Assembly (NCBI GenBank): GCA_963737155.1
Contig: CAVTRN010000002.1
Coordinates: 1,248,001-1,312,000 of the forward strand
Direction of reading: 5' to 3'
DNA: 64,000 nt
Origin: Nitrospirota bacterium
Lineage (GTDB): Bacteria; Nitrospirota; UBA9217
A program made the translations under genes and the position numbers. The notes under the pieces were generated by a model that was not told the origin of the DNA, ran no database searches, and was given only the letters and a program-made list of their open reading frames with translations. This document shows, one piece after another, positions 53,053 through 63,572 of this stretch (position 1 is its first letter; every line of letters starts with the position of its first letter).

Positions 53053-53499
53053 TTAATCGTTCGGAGACGGGATGAACTCGATATCAGCGACGATACGCGA
53101 GGCCTCGTCGAGGTAAGGCATATCGTTGTCAGGGCTGCTGATAAAGGCAGCCATGAGGGCACGGGTTTTGTCGACCAGAACCCATATCCGCCAATGAGTG
53201 GGTTCCTGCTCGGACTTGAATGTATAGTCAAGACTGGCTATGCCCATATCTCTCCGGTCCTCAACCTTCACCGCTTCGCGAGGGAAGGGAACGTCCCGTT
53301 CCTCCATGGTATCCTCCAGGAGAACTTTAGCTGCTTCCGGAGGCGGAAGTTTCGTTTCATCGCGCTCGATGAAAGAAAGCTGCACCATACCGGGCCAGCC
53401 CTCCTTCTCAAGCATGATAAATCCCATTTCTTCCCGTTCATTCCAGCCATCCGGTAAGTAAAGGTTTATCCACCGTTCATACGTTACTTTTTTTCCCAT
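53053..53499 (-). CDS. Hypothetical protein (possibly PsbP/Mog1-like fold)
   Basis: 148-aa ORF with LPDGW and WRIW motifs; good sigma70 promoter directly upstream. Confidence 0.7.
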   Translation of the reverse strand: MGKKVTYERWINLYLPDGWNEREEMGFIMLEKEGWPGMVQLSFIERDETKLPPPEAAKVLLEDTMEERDVPFPREAVKVEDRRDMGIASLDYTFKSEQEPTHWRIWVLVDKTRALMAAFISSPDNDMPYLDEASRIVADIEFIPSPND

Positions 53500-53566
53500 G
53501 GCACTATTCTATAGGAGCTGCCATGGTCAGTCAAATGAGTTTCGCAAATAGGCAGTAAAAAAGTGT

Positions 53567-54094
53567 TTATACGTATTCAAATTTTTTTAGTACAGCGAGA
53601 ATAGCGTCGGCACCGCTGTCCGGGGAAGACTGTCCATTCAGGGTAATTTCCGCATTTAGAGGTGGTTCATAAGAGACTTGCATCCCGGGTACGGCCGTTG
53701 TTTCACCGGCTGCGGCCCGGCGGTAGATTCCCTTGGGATCGCGCTTCACGCAGATATCAAGGGAACAGCGAACGTAAGCTTCTGCAAATTTTTCAATGCG
53801 TGAACGGGCCCTGTCTCGGTAATGCCGCTTGTTTGCCGTTGCGTCAAAAACCACGGAAATTCCATTTCGTGTTATCATCTCACCAATCGACACCAGAGTA
53901 TGGTAGAATCGGTCGCGTTCCTCGGGGCTGTATGTCGCCTCGGGGGTCAGGATGGCGCGCATTTCATCGGATTCGAGCACTACCACGGCAACGCCAAGCA
54001 CTCTCAGTTTTTTTACGAGCTCCCTTGTAATGGAACTCTTTCCCGAGGCCGGAATCCCTGTTATCCAGACCGCAAAGCCCTGCTGAGAATTCAT
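53567..54094 (-). CDS. Adenylyl-sulfate kinase-like P-loop kinase
   Basis: WITGIPASGKS, RDPKGIY, YEPP; LESD replaces the canonical LDGD. Confidence 0.8.
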   Translation of the reverse strand: MNSQQGFAVWITGIPASGKSSITRELVKKLRVLGVAVVVLESDEMRAILTPEATYSPEERDRFYHTLVSIGEMITRNGISVVFDATANKRHYRDRARSRIEKFAEAYVRCSLDICVKRDPKGIYRRAAAGETTAVPGMQVSYEPPLNAEITLNGQSSPDSGADAILAVLKKFEYV

Positions 54095-55176
54095 GTGAGG
54101 TACCTGTTCGCGTCCATCGGGTCGAACCTCTCGGCCGCCAAAACATTTTCTATGAAATTAAAAACAGATCTTCGCACAGCCGGAGGCAGGTGAGGATACC
54201 AGACTGGACTGCCGATGACCAGCCCACGCCAGGCATAAAACGGAGCAGCAATGTCAAGCATTTCCCGATCGTTCGTCTTGCCGAGATAGTTGTCCCAAAA
54301 TAGGAAAAACATTTTTTCAAATGCACCTTCGAGCTTTCCGGAACGTAGGAGGGATGAGAAAAGGTAGTTGATACTGAGGCAAGTCATGTCGTCGGCCGGT
54401 TCTCCCCATTCACCACGCGATCGGTCCAGCATCGTGAAGTCGGTCCCCTCTCGGAAAAGGAGGTTCCATGGGTGAAAGTCGCCGTGAACCTGGCAAAGGC
54501 GGTGAACGCGGCCTTTCACACGCCAACGCCACTCAACACATTGTTGCTCGATCTTTTTGAGGAGCAGCGTGTCTATGAACTCGAAGGTTTTGGGATAGTT
54601 GTCGATGAGCCCCATAATACACTCGCCGTGGCCCAGCAAATCACGGATCCTCCGCGTGTAAAGCCCGGGGGCGTCGAGTTTCCGCGCGTGGATCCCCACA
54701 AGGCAATCGGAAAGTGCGCGCACGCGGTTTATGTCATCGTCCGTTACTGAGCCTGTGTTCCTGATGCGCTCAAGGTCCTTGAAATATCCTTTCCCGGCGA
54801 CGAATTCGGTGAGCAGGAAGAACTCCTCCGCTTTCCCCGTAGAGATGATGGCGTCCGATATGGAAAATGCCCCGCAATCAAGAGAGCGCACATGGCCCGG
54901 AAGGTTGTTGAAGGCGGAATTCTGCCACAGGATTGCCTGAGCACGGTCTGAAAAATGATCGTGCCCGTAGGTTGAAGGCGCAATGGTTTCGAGCACAACT
55001 TTTCTCCGTCGATTGCCGACCTCAAATTCGATGAATAGCGGCGTGCCGTAGCCAAAGGCCTTGATGTCCTCGCCGGTTTCCTGCTTCCCTTCCGTCGTCA
55101 TGGAAAGAATGCGAACTGAAGCGGCATAGAATGCCTGCAGATAGTTCGCGACTGCCTGGATAGAAATGATTGGCAT
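54091..55176 (-). CDS. Aminoglycoside-phosphotransferase/kinase-like protein
   Basis: HGDFHPWN Brenner motif, LDRSRGEWGEPADD; ATGA overlap with the downstream kinase. Confidence 0.8.
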   Translation of the reverse strand: MPIISIQAVANYLQAFYAASVRILSMTTEGKQETGEDIKAFGYGTPLFIEFEVGNRRRKVVLETIAPSTYGHDHFSDRAQAILWQNSAFNNLPGHVRSLDCGAFSISDAIISTGKAEEFFLLTEFVAGKGYFKDLERIRNTGSVTDDDINRVRALSDCLVGIHARKLDAPGLYTRRIRDLLGHGECIMGLIDNYPKTFEFIDTLLLKKIEQQCVEWRWRVKGRVHRLCQVHGDFHPWNLLFREGTDFTMLDRSRGEWGEPADDMTCLSINYLFSSLLRSGKLEGAFEKMFFLFWDNYLGKTNDREMLDIAAPFYAWRGLVIGSPVWYPHLPPAVRRSVFNFIENVLAAERFDPMDANRYLT

Positions 55177-55323
55177 GCAGACCTCTCTGCCAGCGCAGTG
55201 CCACTCCGCGATCTCATATCGAGACCCGGGCGGGTTCTGATTATCACCTGAGCCGAAAAGCCCGTTTCTTCAGTGTGGTGAAATAAGGCGCTGGTTGCAA
55301 AAGCAACCATGTAAGTATTATTT

Positions 55324-55730
55324 TTGCAAACAATGCTCCTGCACAAGGACAGACTAAAACGTATCCGCGTTGTGAAAATGGAGGAAAACTACGCGAGCGA
55401 GACTTGTTGCATACAAAATGAAAGACAAAAGTCCGGCCGCGTGTATCACGGAATCTATATTTGCAAACAATGCGGTGCTATAATCAACGCCGACGAGAAC
55501 GGAACAATCAACATCAAAAGGGACCTCCCGGATCAAATAAGAGTCTTCCGGAGTAGTGGCTAAGATCAACTGTTTTGCCTGGAGAATAACCAGGCCCTCA
55601 ATGCAGGTCACAAACCGGAGACATGACAAACATCTCTGCCCCATCCGCGAACAGAATCTGTGGTGACTCTCACCAGCAACATATTTTGATTTGGAAGTCC
55701 TCGGTTTTTCTGGATGGGGAGGATGTGAAT
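55324..55730 (+). mobile_element. tnpB: IS605/IS1341 remnant: tnpB C-terminus plus degenerate right end
   Basis: EENYASETC...GIYICKQCGAIINADENGTINI; GGAGTAGTGGC; terminal GAAGTCCTCGG...TGGGGAGGATGTGAA. Confidence 0.7.
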
Positions 55731-55825
55731 AGTCTATCATGATTCGAGAAGCAGCGGGTGGATTTTTCCGTTGTCGGAGCAAAGGTGCGAAAGCTCTTCG
55801 GGGAAAATCATTTGCGGAAGAGGAA

Positions 55826-56824
55826 TCAGTTTTCCGCCCCAACCCGCTTTAAAGGGTAACCGTTTATGGGGAGTGGTTCTCCGGGGTTGAAAATATCATT
55901 GCCATAACGGATAAGAAATGTACGGCCGGGAACCTGCTTACTATAGGTGATAATAAGTCGTCCAATGGTATGCTTGATATCCTGGGTGGGGGTACCGCTC
56001 AGCAGGGCGACGGGGCCTGGAAAACCCTGAGGTATGAAAAGATGATACCCGCGTGGCGCTAGATTAATGAGCATACTGTTCTCCCTGTTATCGCGGCCGA
56101 GGACAATTTTGTTACCTTCATCGAATCGGAAGTGGCGCCCCATGGTAAGGAGCCTTACGTCATCTGACGTAACATGCTGTTTTTCGGAGAAAAGGTCGCG
56201 CAATTTTTCAGAGAAATTTTTGTCTGTCAGCAGACATCCACCCGCAGGCGTGGAATAGCCGCGGATACCGTACCGTTCCGCGAGCTGCATCTGCACGGTG
56301 CGTGACCGGCCGCTGATGCCCAGCAGTGTTTCTCTCCAGATGAGGCCGTCCTGTTCGGCTTTGGTCGGTGGCAGAAGGGTTGCCGACAGCGGACGGACAA
56401 TCATGCCGCGCATATCCGCGTCCCGCTCGATGATATGGAACGTGTCACGTCGCTGAGACATGGGCCGCTGACCCAGGACCTCACCAGTAATTACGAAGGA
56501 AGAATTCACTTCCTGCATGACGGATTTGGCGCGCCGCAGCATGAGAATTTTGCAGTCTATGCAGGGGTTTATGTTCTTTCCGTAACCGTGAACGGGTTTC
56601 CGGACCAGGTCGATGTATTCCTGCCCCATATCGAAGATGCGGAGATCGATGCCGATGGCTTTTGATACACGGGCGGCATGGGTTTCATCCTCGTTACCAT
56701 AACTCTTGGAAAACGCGGATGTGAAGTAAAGCCCGATCACATCAAAACCCTGCTCCATGATAACCTTGGCTGCTAGCACGCTGTCCAGGCCGCCCGAGAT
56801 GAGAGCGACTGCTTTTTTGCTCAC
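55826..56824 (-). CDS. ThiI/MnmA-like PP-loop ATP pyrophosphatase (putative tRNA thiolation)
   Basis: SGGLDS, NPCIDCK, TGEVLGQRPMSQ, PAGGCLLT, GRHFR. Confidence 0.85.
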   Translation of the reverse strand: MSKKAVALISGGLDSVLAAKVIMEQGFDVIGLYFTSAFSKSYGNEDETHAARVSKAIGIDLRIFDMGQEYIDLVRKPVHGYGKNINPCIDCKILMLRRAKSVMQEVNSSFVITGEVLGQRPMSQRRDTFHIIERDADMRGMIVRPLSATLLPPTKAEQDGLIWRETLLGISGRSRTVQMQLAERYGIRGYSTPAGGCLLTDKNFSEKLRDLFSEKQHVTSDDVRLLTMGRHFRFDEGNKIVLGRDNRENSMLINLAPRGYHLFIPQGFPGPVALLSGTPTQDIKHTIGRLIITYSKQVPGRTFLIRYGNDIFNPGEPLPINGYPLKRVGAEN

Positions 56825-56988
56825 GACAATTTCCTCCTTGACGAATTTGCAACATTATAAATCTCCGGCCATCGGTTTAGCAATAGAGAAGAACGTATTC
56901 GGAAATATTTATAATAGTTCGATAAAAAGCAGGGATAGTCGGCAACGTGTATAATTGTCATTAAGAAGCATGAAGAGGAGGGGCAATT

Positions 56989-57525
56989 ATGGCGATATGG
57001 ACGATTGATCCGGACCATTCCTGTGCGGCATTTGCTGTCAGGCACTTGGCTCTCGCTAATGTACGCGGCCAATTCACGAATCTTAAAGGTACCATCAATT
57101 TTGATCCTGCTGACAAATCGCATGCATCGGTAAATGTTGACATAGATGTTGCCAGCGTAAATACGGGCGTCACGAAGCGCAATGAACACCTACTAACGGC
57201 AGATTTTTTCGACCGGGAGAAGTACCCGACCATTGAATTTAAGAGCTTATCAATTGATTTTCTATTGGACAATCACTGTCACGTAAGCGGTAACCTGACG
57301 ATCCATGGCACGACCCTACCGGTTACGTTTGAAGGTGAATATGCGGGGCCGCGAAGGAATCCGTATGGAGATGAAACCACTATAGGATTTTCCGGCACTA
57401 TCACGATCAATCGTGAAGATTTCGGAATCCTGTGGGGAAGTGAGCCTATGGAGGGCGGGGGACTGGTTGTGGGGAAAGAAGTCCATATTTACCTAGATGT
57501 TGAGGCTGATATATCAGATAAATAA
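56989..57525 (+). CDS. yceI: YceI family protein
   Basis: WTIDPDHS, RNEHL...DFFD..KYP, GNLTIHG, INREDFG. Confidence 0.9.
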   Translation: MAIWTIDPDHSCAAFAVRHLALANVRGQFTNLKGTINFDPADKSHASVNVDIDVASVNTGVTKRNEHLLTADFFDREKYPTIEFKSLSIDFLLDNHCHVSGNLTIHGTTLPVTFEGEYAGPRRNPYGDETTIGFSGTITINREDFGILWGSEPMEGGGLVVGKEVHIYLDVEADISDK

Positions 57526-58225
57526 CATATATTAACGGTTTAGTGGGGTTTATGCATTGTCGATATGAACGCCTTCACTGTTGTTTAGTTACGGGTTTTT
57601 GAGGATTGACGGGTTTATCGAGATGGCGCCATAATTTTGAGGCCCGGGAGGAACGGACATATGTATCAGGCGTCTTCTCCGATGCGTCATCAATTGTCAA
57701 TGAGTAATTGAGAACGCAGAAAAGTATAGGGATTAAGGAGTAAATGAATAAAAATCAAGACAGCAGGTAGGAAAATTGCAACGGAGAGTCCAGTGGACAC
57801 AGAGAAAGGATATGAAAGTTGTTTGAAAAACTCACCTCTTTTTGTATTTTTCCCCCATCTTGCCTCTGTGACATAATCTTTTCTGGTTCATACCCATTAG
57901 TGTTATTTCACCTCCTCATGAATAATTCAGATTTCTGATATTAGAAGGCAAAAGTGAAATGTAGGTTAGAACTCCGATATCACTCGTTGTATTATCGTAA
58001 CAAACTTAATTTACAATTGACTTCCCCAGCACATCTTGCTAATATAACAAACTGCTTCTGGGTTTAGTGTGGGATACTACCAAATGGTGCCAACATTTGG
58101 CTTCCTCAAACTGCATAAGCGATTGAGAATATAGATAATTCCTATTCAATATCCAGGGGTTCTGCTCTGTTTCTCATGCGTTATTTTGGGCTACCCGCAC
58201 TCATTCCGGAAGGACCTATAATACG

Positions 58226-59173
58226 ATGTTTCGATTTGCTGTGCGAAAACCTGTCTTGGGAATAGAAATATGTGATTCCGCAGTGCGTCTGGCGGCTCTT
58301 TCGGGAAAGGGAGCAGGTCTCTCTGTGGATTATATGAAGATGGCCGATCTGCCCTCTGGGATGGTAACCGCAGGCTATGCATCACCGAATATAATCGACA
58401 CCAAGGGGCTTGCGCAGACACTGCATGCATGTCTGCCCGACTCCTCGCGGTCTGTTCGTCGATGCGCCCTCAGCCTTCCCGATAGTGTGTTCCGCGTCCA
58501 AGTGCTCGATTTCGATCAGCTTCCGTCAAAACATGAGGAACGCGAGCGGCTTATCAGATGGCGCATCGAAAAAACCGCTGCGTTTGACCTGACCGAAACA
58601 GTCCTTCGCTACCAGGAATTGCCGAAAAAAGGAAAAGGGTTTGCCCTATTGGTCTGTGTGGCGAAGCAGGCGGTCATCGCGCAGTATGAAACGGTGCTTC
58701 AGGAGGCGGGGTTCGAACCGTGGAGTATCGGTATATCCTCTTTCCATATCCTAAACTTCTATTACCCCCTCCTGGCGAAAAAATCATCTGTTTTTGCTCT
58801 CACTCATCTTACAGAAGAGTCCTTCACGACCATCATAGACGAGGGAGGGAGAACCCAGTATTTCCGGTATAAAGAGCTGAAGCGGGGAAATCCGGTGGAG
58901 ATCAGAACCCGCTTCATGCGCGAGATCGAGGATTCCCTCCACTTTTATACCCACCGGGACCGCATGCAGACCTGTGAAATACAGCAACTCTATCTGACTG
59001 GCGAATCAACGTTATCCTTCGAACTTGCCAAAGGACTGAGCACGATTTCATCACTCAATGTCGAAGTATTGTCTCCCGACGACATCATTGCGCGGAGCGG
59101 GCGCGAAGGGACCGCTGTATCCTATCCGGCGGTCATGGCGGCGACGCTGGGCGCCGGGGGTGCATTATGGTAA
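58226..59173 (+). CDS. PilM/GspL-like actin-fold assembly protein
   Basis: LGIEI, LSLPDS, LYLTG; first gene of the secretin operon. Confidence 0.78.
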   Translation: MFRFAVRKPVLGIEICDSAVRLAALSGKGAGLSVDYMKMADLPSGMVTAGYASPNIIDTKGLAQTLHACLPDSSRSVRRCALSLPDSVFRVQVLDFDQLPSKHEERERLIRWRIEKTAAFDLTETVLRYQELPKKGKGFALLVCVAKQAVIAQYETVLQEAGFEPWSIGISSFHILNFYYPLLAKKSSVFALTHLTEESFTTIIDEGGRTQYFRYKELKRGNPVEIRTRFMREIEDSLHFYTHRDRMQTCEIQQLYLTGESTLSFELAKGLSTISSLNVEVLSPDDIIARSGREGTAVSYPAVMAATLGAGGALW

Positions 59174-59712
59174 CCATCAATTTCGCAAGCAGAAATTACC
59201 GCGCTGTTGCGTCCGCCGTGCGGGTGCTGTTCGGGGCGGCTGTTGTACTTGCCCTCATTGCATTGGGTATGCTCTGGAAATCTGCATTGCTGCGTAAGGA
59301 CTTATCCGAGATGAATCAGAAACTCACAGTTGCGGAGACAGAAGACAAGCAGGTGAAGTTCACGCTGCTCGAACGTGAAAAGCTCGTGAATGACCTCAAT
59401 GAGATGTCTGGCCTAGTCGAAGCGCGAAAGTTTTCATGGACACTTGTTTTCACGAGTCTTGAGGAGGCCGTACCTACAGGGGTGGCGCTCAAGAATGTAA
59501 CGTTCAGTCCGAAGGACCGGATACTCAGCATCGAGGGGATGGCGCAGTCGCCGGAGGCTCTTCGCGATCTGATGGTAGGACTAGAGAAATCGACTTCCTT
59601 CACCAAGCCGTATTTGAAACATCAGTCACTAGAAAAGGGGATTCTCTCATTCAATGTGGTCGCGGTATATCAAAAGCATAAGAACTCCGGCATGGCTGAA
59701 CTGGAAAGATAA
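59167..59712 (+). CDS. PilN-like protein
   Basis: INFAS, TM, coiled coil, W...LE..P.GVAL. Confidence 0.8.
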   Translation: MVTINFASRNYRAVASAVRVLFGAAVVLALIALGMLWKSALLRKDLSEMNQKLTVAETEDKQVKFTLLEREKLVNDLNEMSGLVEARKFSWTLVFTSLEEAVPTGVALKNVTFSPKDRILSIEGMAQSPEALRDLMVGLEKSTSFTKPYLKHQSLEKGILSFNVVAVYQKHKNSGMAELER

Positions 59713-60196
59713 AAGACTTCGCGCAGCTTTGCTGTTTTTTGTGGGGTTCTTTGTTCTGGATCTCGTTCTGTACAACGCGTTCATTGTGCCCCCTGCGTCA
59801 GAGCTTTCTGCCGGCGAGGTTCGGTACCGCATACTGAGAAAAAGACATGTCGAAGCGGTGCTGTTCAACAAGCAAAAAAACGCGTTCAAAGGGATCATTA
59901 AGGGGATGCCTGCTCAACAGGATATGCCGCTTCTGCTCAAGAGCCTCGTGCAAATGGCACACCAGCTAAACCTGTCGGTGTCCTCGGTAAAGTATGACAT
60001 CCCGCAGGAGAGCGGGGAATTTACCATGCTGTCCTTCTCTTTCCCGGCGGAAGGACAGTACGGCAATGTAAAGCGATTCATTTACGATGTGGAAACCTCG
60101 GATCGGTTGGTTGGCATCCAGGAATTGAAAATGGACTCGGATAATGGCTTGGTGAAAATGGAGATGAAACTCCTCACCTATATCAAGGGACAATGA
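59654..60196 (+). CDS. PilO/GspM-like protein
   Basis: TM; GQYGNVKRFIYDVE motif; start uncertain. Confidence 0.78.
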   Translation: MWSRYIKSIRTPAWLNWKDKRLRAALLFFVGFFVLDLVLYNAFIVPPASELSAGEVRYRILRKRHVEAVLFNKQKNAFKGIIKGMPAQQDMPLLLKSLVQMAHQLNLSVSSVKYDIPQESGEFTMLSFSFPAEGQYGNVKRFIYDVETSDRLVGIQELKMDSDNGLVKMEMKLLTYIKGQ

Positions 60197-60894
60197 GCGC
60201 GATGTTCAAACTTTCACAAGAACAGGAAAAAAAAGTACTGGCCGCCGTGCTTGCAGTCCTGATGCTTCTCATAATCTACCGCGTGGAGACGGCGGACAAG
60301 CCCAGAACCGCTCCGCTCGCCTATGCACCCGGAGCAGTCGCTCATTCCGGCATACGGCAGGAGCCGGAGGATGCCGCATCTAACGCCGATCCCTTGAACG
60401 TGTTTCTCGCGAGGAGCGAGGAAAAATTCCCCGGTGTTTCACGGGACATTTTCAGGATGGCAAACCCGGCGCCCAAGCCGAAACTGAAGCCAGTTGTTGC
60501 GCTTCCTCCTCCTCCGCCTCCCGTTCCACAGAGGACTCCCGAGGAAATTGCCGCAGACCAGGCCCGTGCCGACCTCGCCAAGTTCCAGTTCCTCGGGTAT
60601 CTAACCTCTAAAGACAAAACCCTTTTTTTGTCCAAGGATGGGGAGCTGTTTGTCGTGCAAATCGGAGACAAACTGCTTAAGAGCTACCAGGTGAAAGAAG
60701 CGAGCGCGGACTACGTTGAACTTATCGATACGGCCACGAAAGTGGCGGTGCGCGTCGGTTTGGCGGGAGCAGGGCCATCGTTCGTGCCCTATGCTACGGT
60801 GCAGCATCAGCAGACGCAGCCGAATCCAGATACGACGCAGCAGCCTCCGGTGACCCGGCAAATACTGCGAAGGTTGAGGGGTGTCAGAAACTGA
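60193..60894 (+). CDS. Membrane-anchored Pro-rich protein (PilP/GspC position)
   Basis: TM, RDIF, poly-Pro linker, FLGYL...LFLSKDGELFVV..GD. Confidence 0.7.
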   Translation: MSAMFKLSQEQEKKVLAAVLAVLMLLIIYRVETADKPRTAPLAYAPGAVAHSGIRQEPEDAASNADPLNVFLARSEEKFPGVSRDIFRMANPAPKPKLKPVVALPPPPPPVPQRTPEEIAADQARADLAKFQFLGYLTSKDKTLFLSKDGELFVVQIGDKLLKSYQVKEASADYVELIDTATKVAVRVGLAGAGPSFVPYATVQHQQTQPNPDTTQQPPVTRQILRRLRGVRN

Positions 60895-61034
60895 AGAGAA
60901 TGTTCCCTGGCTGTCCTGAAACCGGCTGGCCGATAAAGCTTTTTACGCAAGATTAGATCACATCGCTTCGGGTGGATAGGCTTATTCTTTCTCCCCGAGT
61001 TTGGACTGATGAAAAGGTTAAAGCGAGGAGGCTG

Positions 61035-63467
61035 ATGATGAAAAGGATTATGCTGCAGCTGACAGCTTTGGTGCTCTCAGCGTTGCTGCTGAGCTGCGCC
61101 GGCTCACAGTCGTTCCTGCGGGGAGAGCGGTATGCCGACCGAGGCGACTGGGACCTAGCGGTGAAAGAATACCGGGATGCCCTCAAACGCCAGCCTACCG
61201 ATATCGAGTACCGCTCGGCCTTGATCCGTGCCGAAGAAACGGCGGCGAACCAGCACCATAAAAAGGCGACGGATTTTCTTAAGGAGGGAAAACTCGACCA
61301 GGCTATCACGGAGCTACAAGAGGCCATCTACATGAATCCCACAGACCTGGCGGTTCAAAGCGAACTCAAATCTGCCTTCAATATAAAACAGGCCGAGGAA
61401 GACTATCGCACATCCCTCACTTTCGTGGAACTTAATAGGCTTGGCGAGGCCATCAACGAAATAAACCATGCCATCGAACTGGACCCCGAAAACGTAAAAT
61501 ATCTTGATTTCCTAAACAACCTCCAGAAAAAGAAGACCGAAAGCGGACCCGAGAATGCACTTTCCCTCGCATCGAATCAGCCCATCACGCTTAATTTCAA
61601 AAGCACCAATATCAAGGATGTCTTCGAATTTCTCTCAAAACTATCGGGCATCAACATTCTTTTCGATGAAGATGTAAAGGCACAGCCCGTTACCGTTTTC
61701 GTGAAGGATGTCTCATTCCAGTATGCCCTTAACCTACTCCTTTCAACAAACAAGCTTTTCATGAAGCAAATCAGCGCCGATACCATCATTATCATTCCGA
61801 TGAACAAGGCAAAGATTGATCAGTACCAGGACTTGGAGGTCAAAACCTTCTATATCAACAATGCAAAAGCTAAGGATATGATAAATGTAATCCGAACTAT
61901 GCTCGATATCAAGAAGGCATATGTGAACGAGACTTTGAATTCAATCACGATCAGGGAAACACCAGACAAAATGAAGCTGGTGGCGAAGGTCATAGCCGCC
62001 AACGATCTCAAGGAGGCTGAAGTCATCCTTGACATCGAAATCCTCGAGATTTCACGCAACAATTCGCTAAGTTACGGTTGGAACTTCCAGCCGGGTCTGT
62101 CCGCAACCGCCTCTATAGCGCCATTGAATACCACTACTGCTGCTGTCACGACATCGAGCACGGGGGCGGTCGCTCTGAGCCAGCTCACGCACCTAAACGG
62201 TGATAGCGTGTTCGTCTCGGTACCCAGCCTCGTCGTGAATATGATCAAGCTGGATTCGGACGCTCAGACACTGGCGAACCCGCGGGTACGCGTGATGAAT
62301 CACCAAATGGCAAAATTTCATATTGGGGACAAAATCCCGGTTCAGACATCAACCATCCAATCTACTGCCACGGCGGCAGTTACCTCGACCTTCGAGTATA
62401 AGGATATCGGCATCAAGCTCAATATTGAACCGATAATCCATCTCAATAATACGGTCACTTTAAAGCTTGGTTTGGAGGTCAGCACCCTCGGCGCCCCTCT
62501 GACTTTTGGAAACGGCCAGACACAGTATGAGTTCGGAACGCGGAACGTCGATACAATCATGAATCTTCGCGACGGAGAGACTGTGATCATCGGAGGCCTG
62601 ATCCAGGACAACGAGTCGAAGACGATGTCAAAAATCCCAATCCTGGGTGACCTCCCGGTTTTGGGCAAGCTTTTCTCGTCGACGGACAACGAGGGGGTTA
62701 AAACGGACGTTCTCATGTCAATCACGCCGAATATCGTGAGCAATATGGAGCTTCCTGATAAGGATACGCAGCTTTTCTGGTCAGGAACGGAAGATCAATT
62801 CGACATCAAACCGATCTTCGCCTCCGAGACAGGCAATAGCACAAAAGCGGTTGAAAAGCCCTATGACAAGGCTGCACTGCTGGATCTCCTGAGTCAGCGG
62901 GAACAGGCCGGCGTCGCCGGAACGAAGCAAGCGCTTGTGTCGGCGCCGGTAGCGACCGCGGCTGGACAACAGGCCGGCGTAGCCGGAACGAAGCAAGCAC
63001 TAGTCTCGGCACCGGTCGTGACTGCGGCGGGGCAACCGCCAGCCGGCGCTCTGGAGGCGCTCACGGAAGTGAAGCCGGCCGAAATTGCTTTTCCCGTGGG
63101 CCAGGACGCGCGGTTTGAGATTTCTACGGGAACTGTCAAGGGCCTTTACGGCGCGATCATGACCCTGAGCTACGATCCTCTGATCGTGGATTTCAAATCT
63201 GCTAGTGAAGGCACGCTCTTGAAAAAAGACGGCCAGCAAACGTCATTTCTGTTTTCAAACAATGCGAAGGCGGGCACTGTGGATATTTACATGACTCGCA
63301 TCGGCAATGTGGGCGGCATAAACGGTTCCGGAACGCTCTGCGATATCGTATTCCAGGGGAAAACCGCTGGAACGAGCGAACTTCATGTAACGACCGTGAA
63401 GCTGACGAATTCGAATCACGAGCCGATCAAAACCGGCACCAAGGGCGCTCGGCTGACCGTGAAATAA
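61035..63467 (+). CDS. gspD: Secretin (GspD-like) lipoprotein with N-terminal TPRs and C-terminal cohesin-like domain
   Basis: Lipobox LLSC, TPRs, LANPRVR, DIGIKL, DGETVIIGGLI, KIPILGDLPVLGKLF, YDP...EG cohesin-like tail. Confidence 0.88.
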   Translation: MMKRIMLQLTALVLSALLLSCAGSQSFLRGERYADRGDWDLAVKEYRDALKRQPTDIEYRSALIRAEETAANQHHKKATDFLKEGKLDQAITELQEAIYMNPTDLAVQSELKSAFNIKQAEEDYRTSLTFVELNRLGEAINEINHAIELDPENVKYLDFLNNLQKKKTESGPENALSLASNQPITLNFKSTNIKDVFEFLSKLSGINILFDEDVKAQPVTVFVKDVSFQYALNLLLSTNKLFMKQISADTIIIIPMNKAKIDQYQDLEVKTFYINNAKAKDMINVIRTMLDIKKAYVNETLNSITIRETPDKMKLVAKVIAANDLKEAEVILDIEILEISRNNSLSYGWNFQPGLSATASIAPLNTTTAAVTTSSTGAVALSQLTHLNGDSVFVSVPSLVVNMIKLDSDAQTLANPRVRVMNHQMAKFHIGDKIPVQTSTIQSTATAAVTSTFEYKDIGIKLNIEPIIHLNNTVTLKLGLEVSTLGAPLTFGNGQTQYEFGTRNVDTIMNLRDGETVIIGGLIQDNESKTMSKIPILGDLPVLGKLFSSTDNEGVKTDVLMSITPNIVSNMELPDKDTQLFWSGTEDQFDIKPIFASETGNSTKAVEKPYDKAALLDLLSQREQAGVAGTKQALVSAPVATAAGQQAGVAGTKQALVSAPVVTAAGQPPAGALEALTEVKPAEIAFPVGQDARFEISTGTVKGLYGAIMTLSYDPLIVDFKSASEGTLLKKDGQQTSFLFSNNAKAGTVDIYMTRIGNVGGINGSGTLCDIVFQGKTAGTSELHVTTVKLTNSNHEPIKTGTKGARLTVK
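62904..63035 (+). repeat. In-frame 66-bp tandem duplication in the secretin linker
   Basis: QAGVAGTKQALVSAPV(A/V)TAAGQ twice. Confidence 0.9.
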
Positions 63468-63572
63468 GTTATAGAAATGCGGAAAATGGAAGAACAGACG
63501 GGACACCCCTTTTTATGCTTCCCTTCGGGCGGAAAGACCGAAGGGTCGAAGGACTGCGGAAAAGGGGAATTC

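Noticed and set aside
53567-54094. Naming the gene cysC
   Set aside because: Motif deviations and no sulfate-activation context
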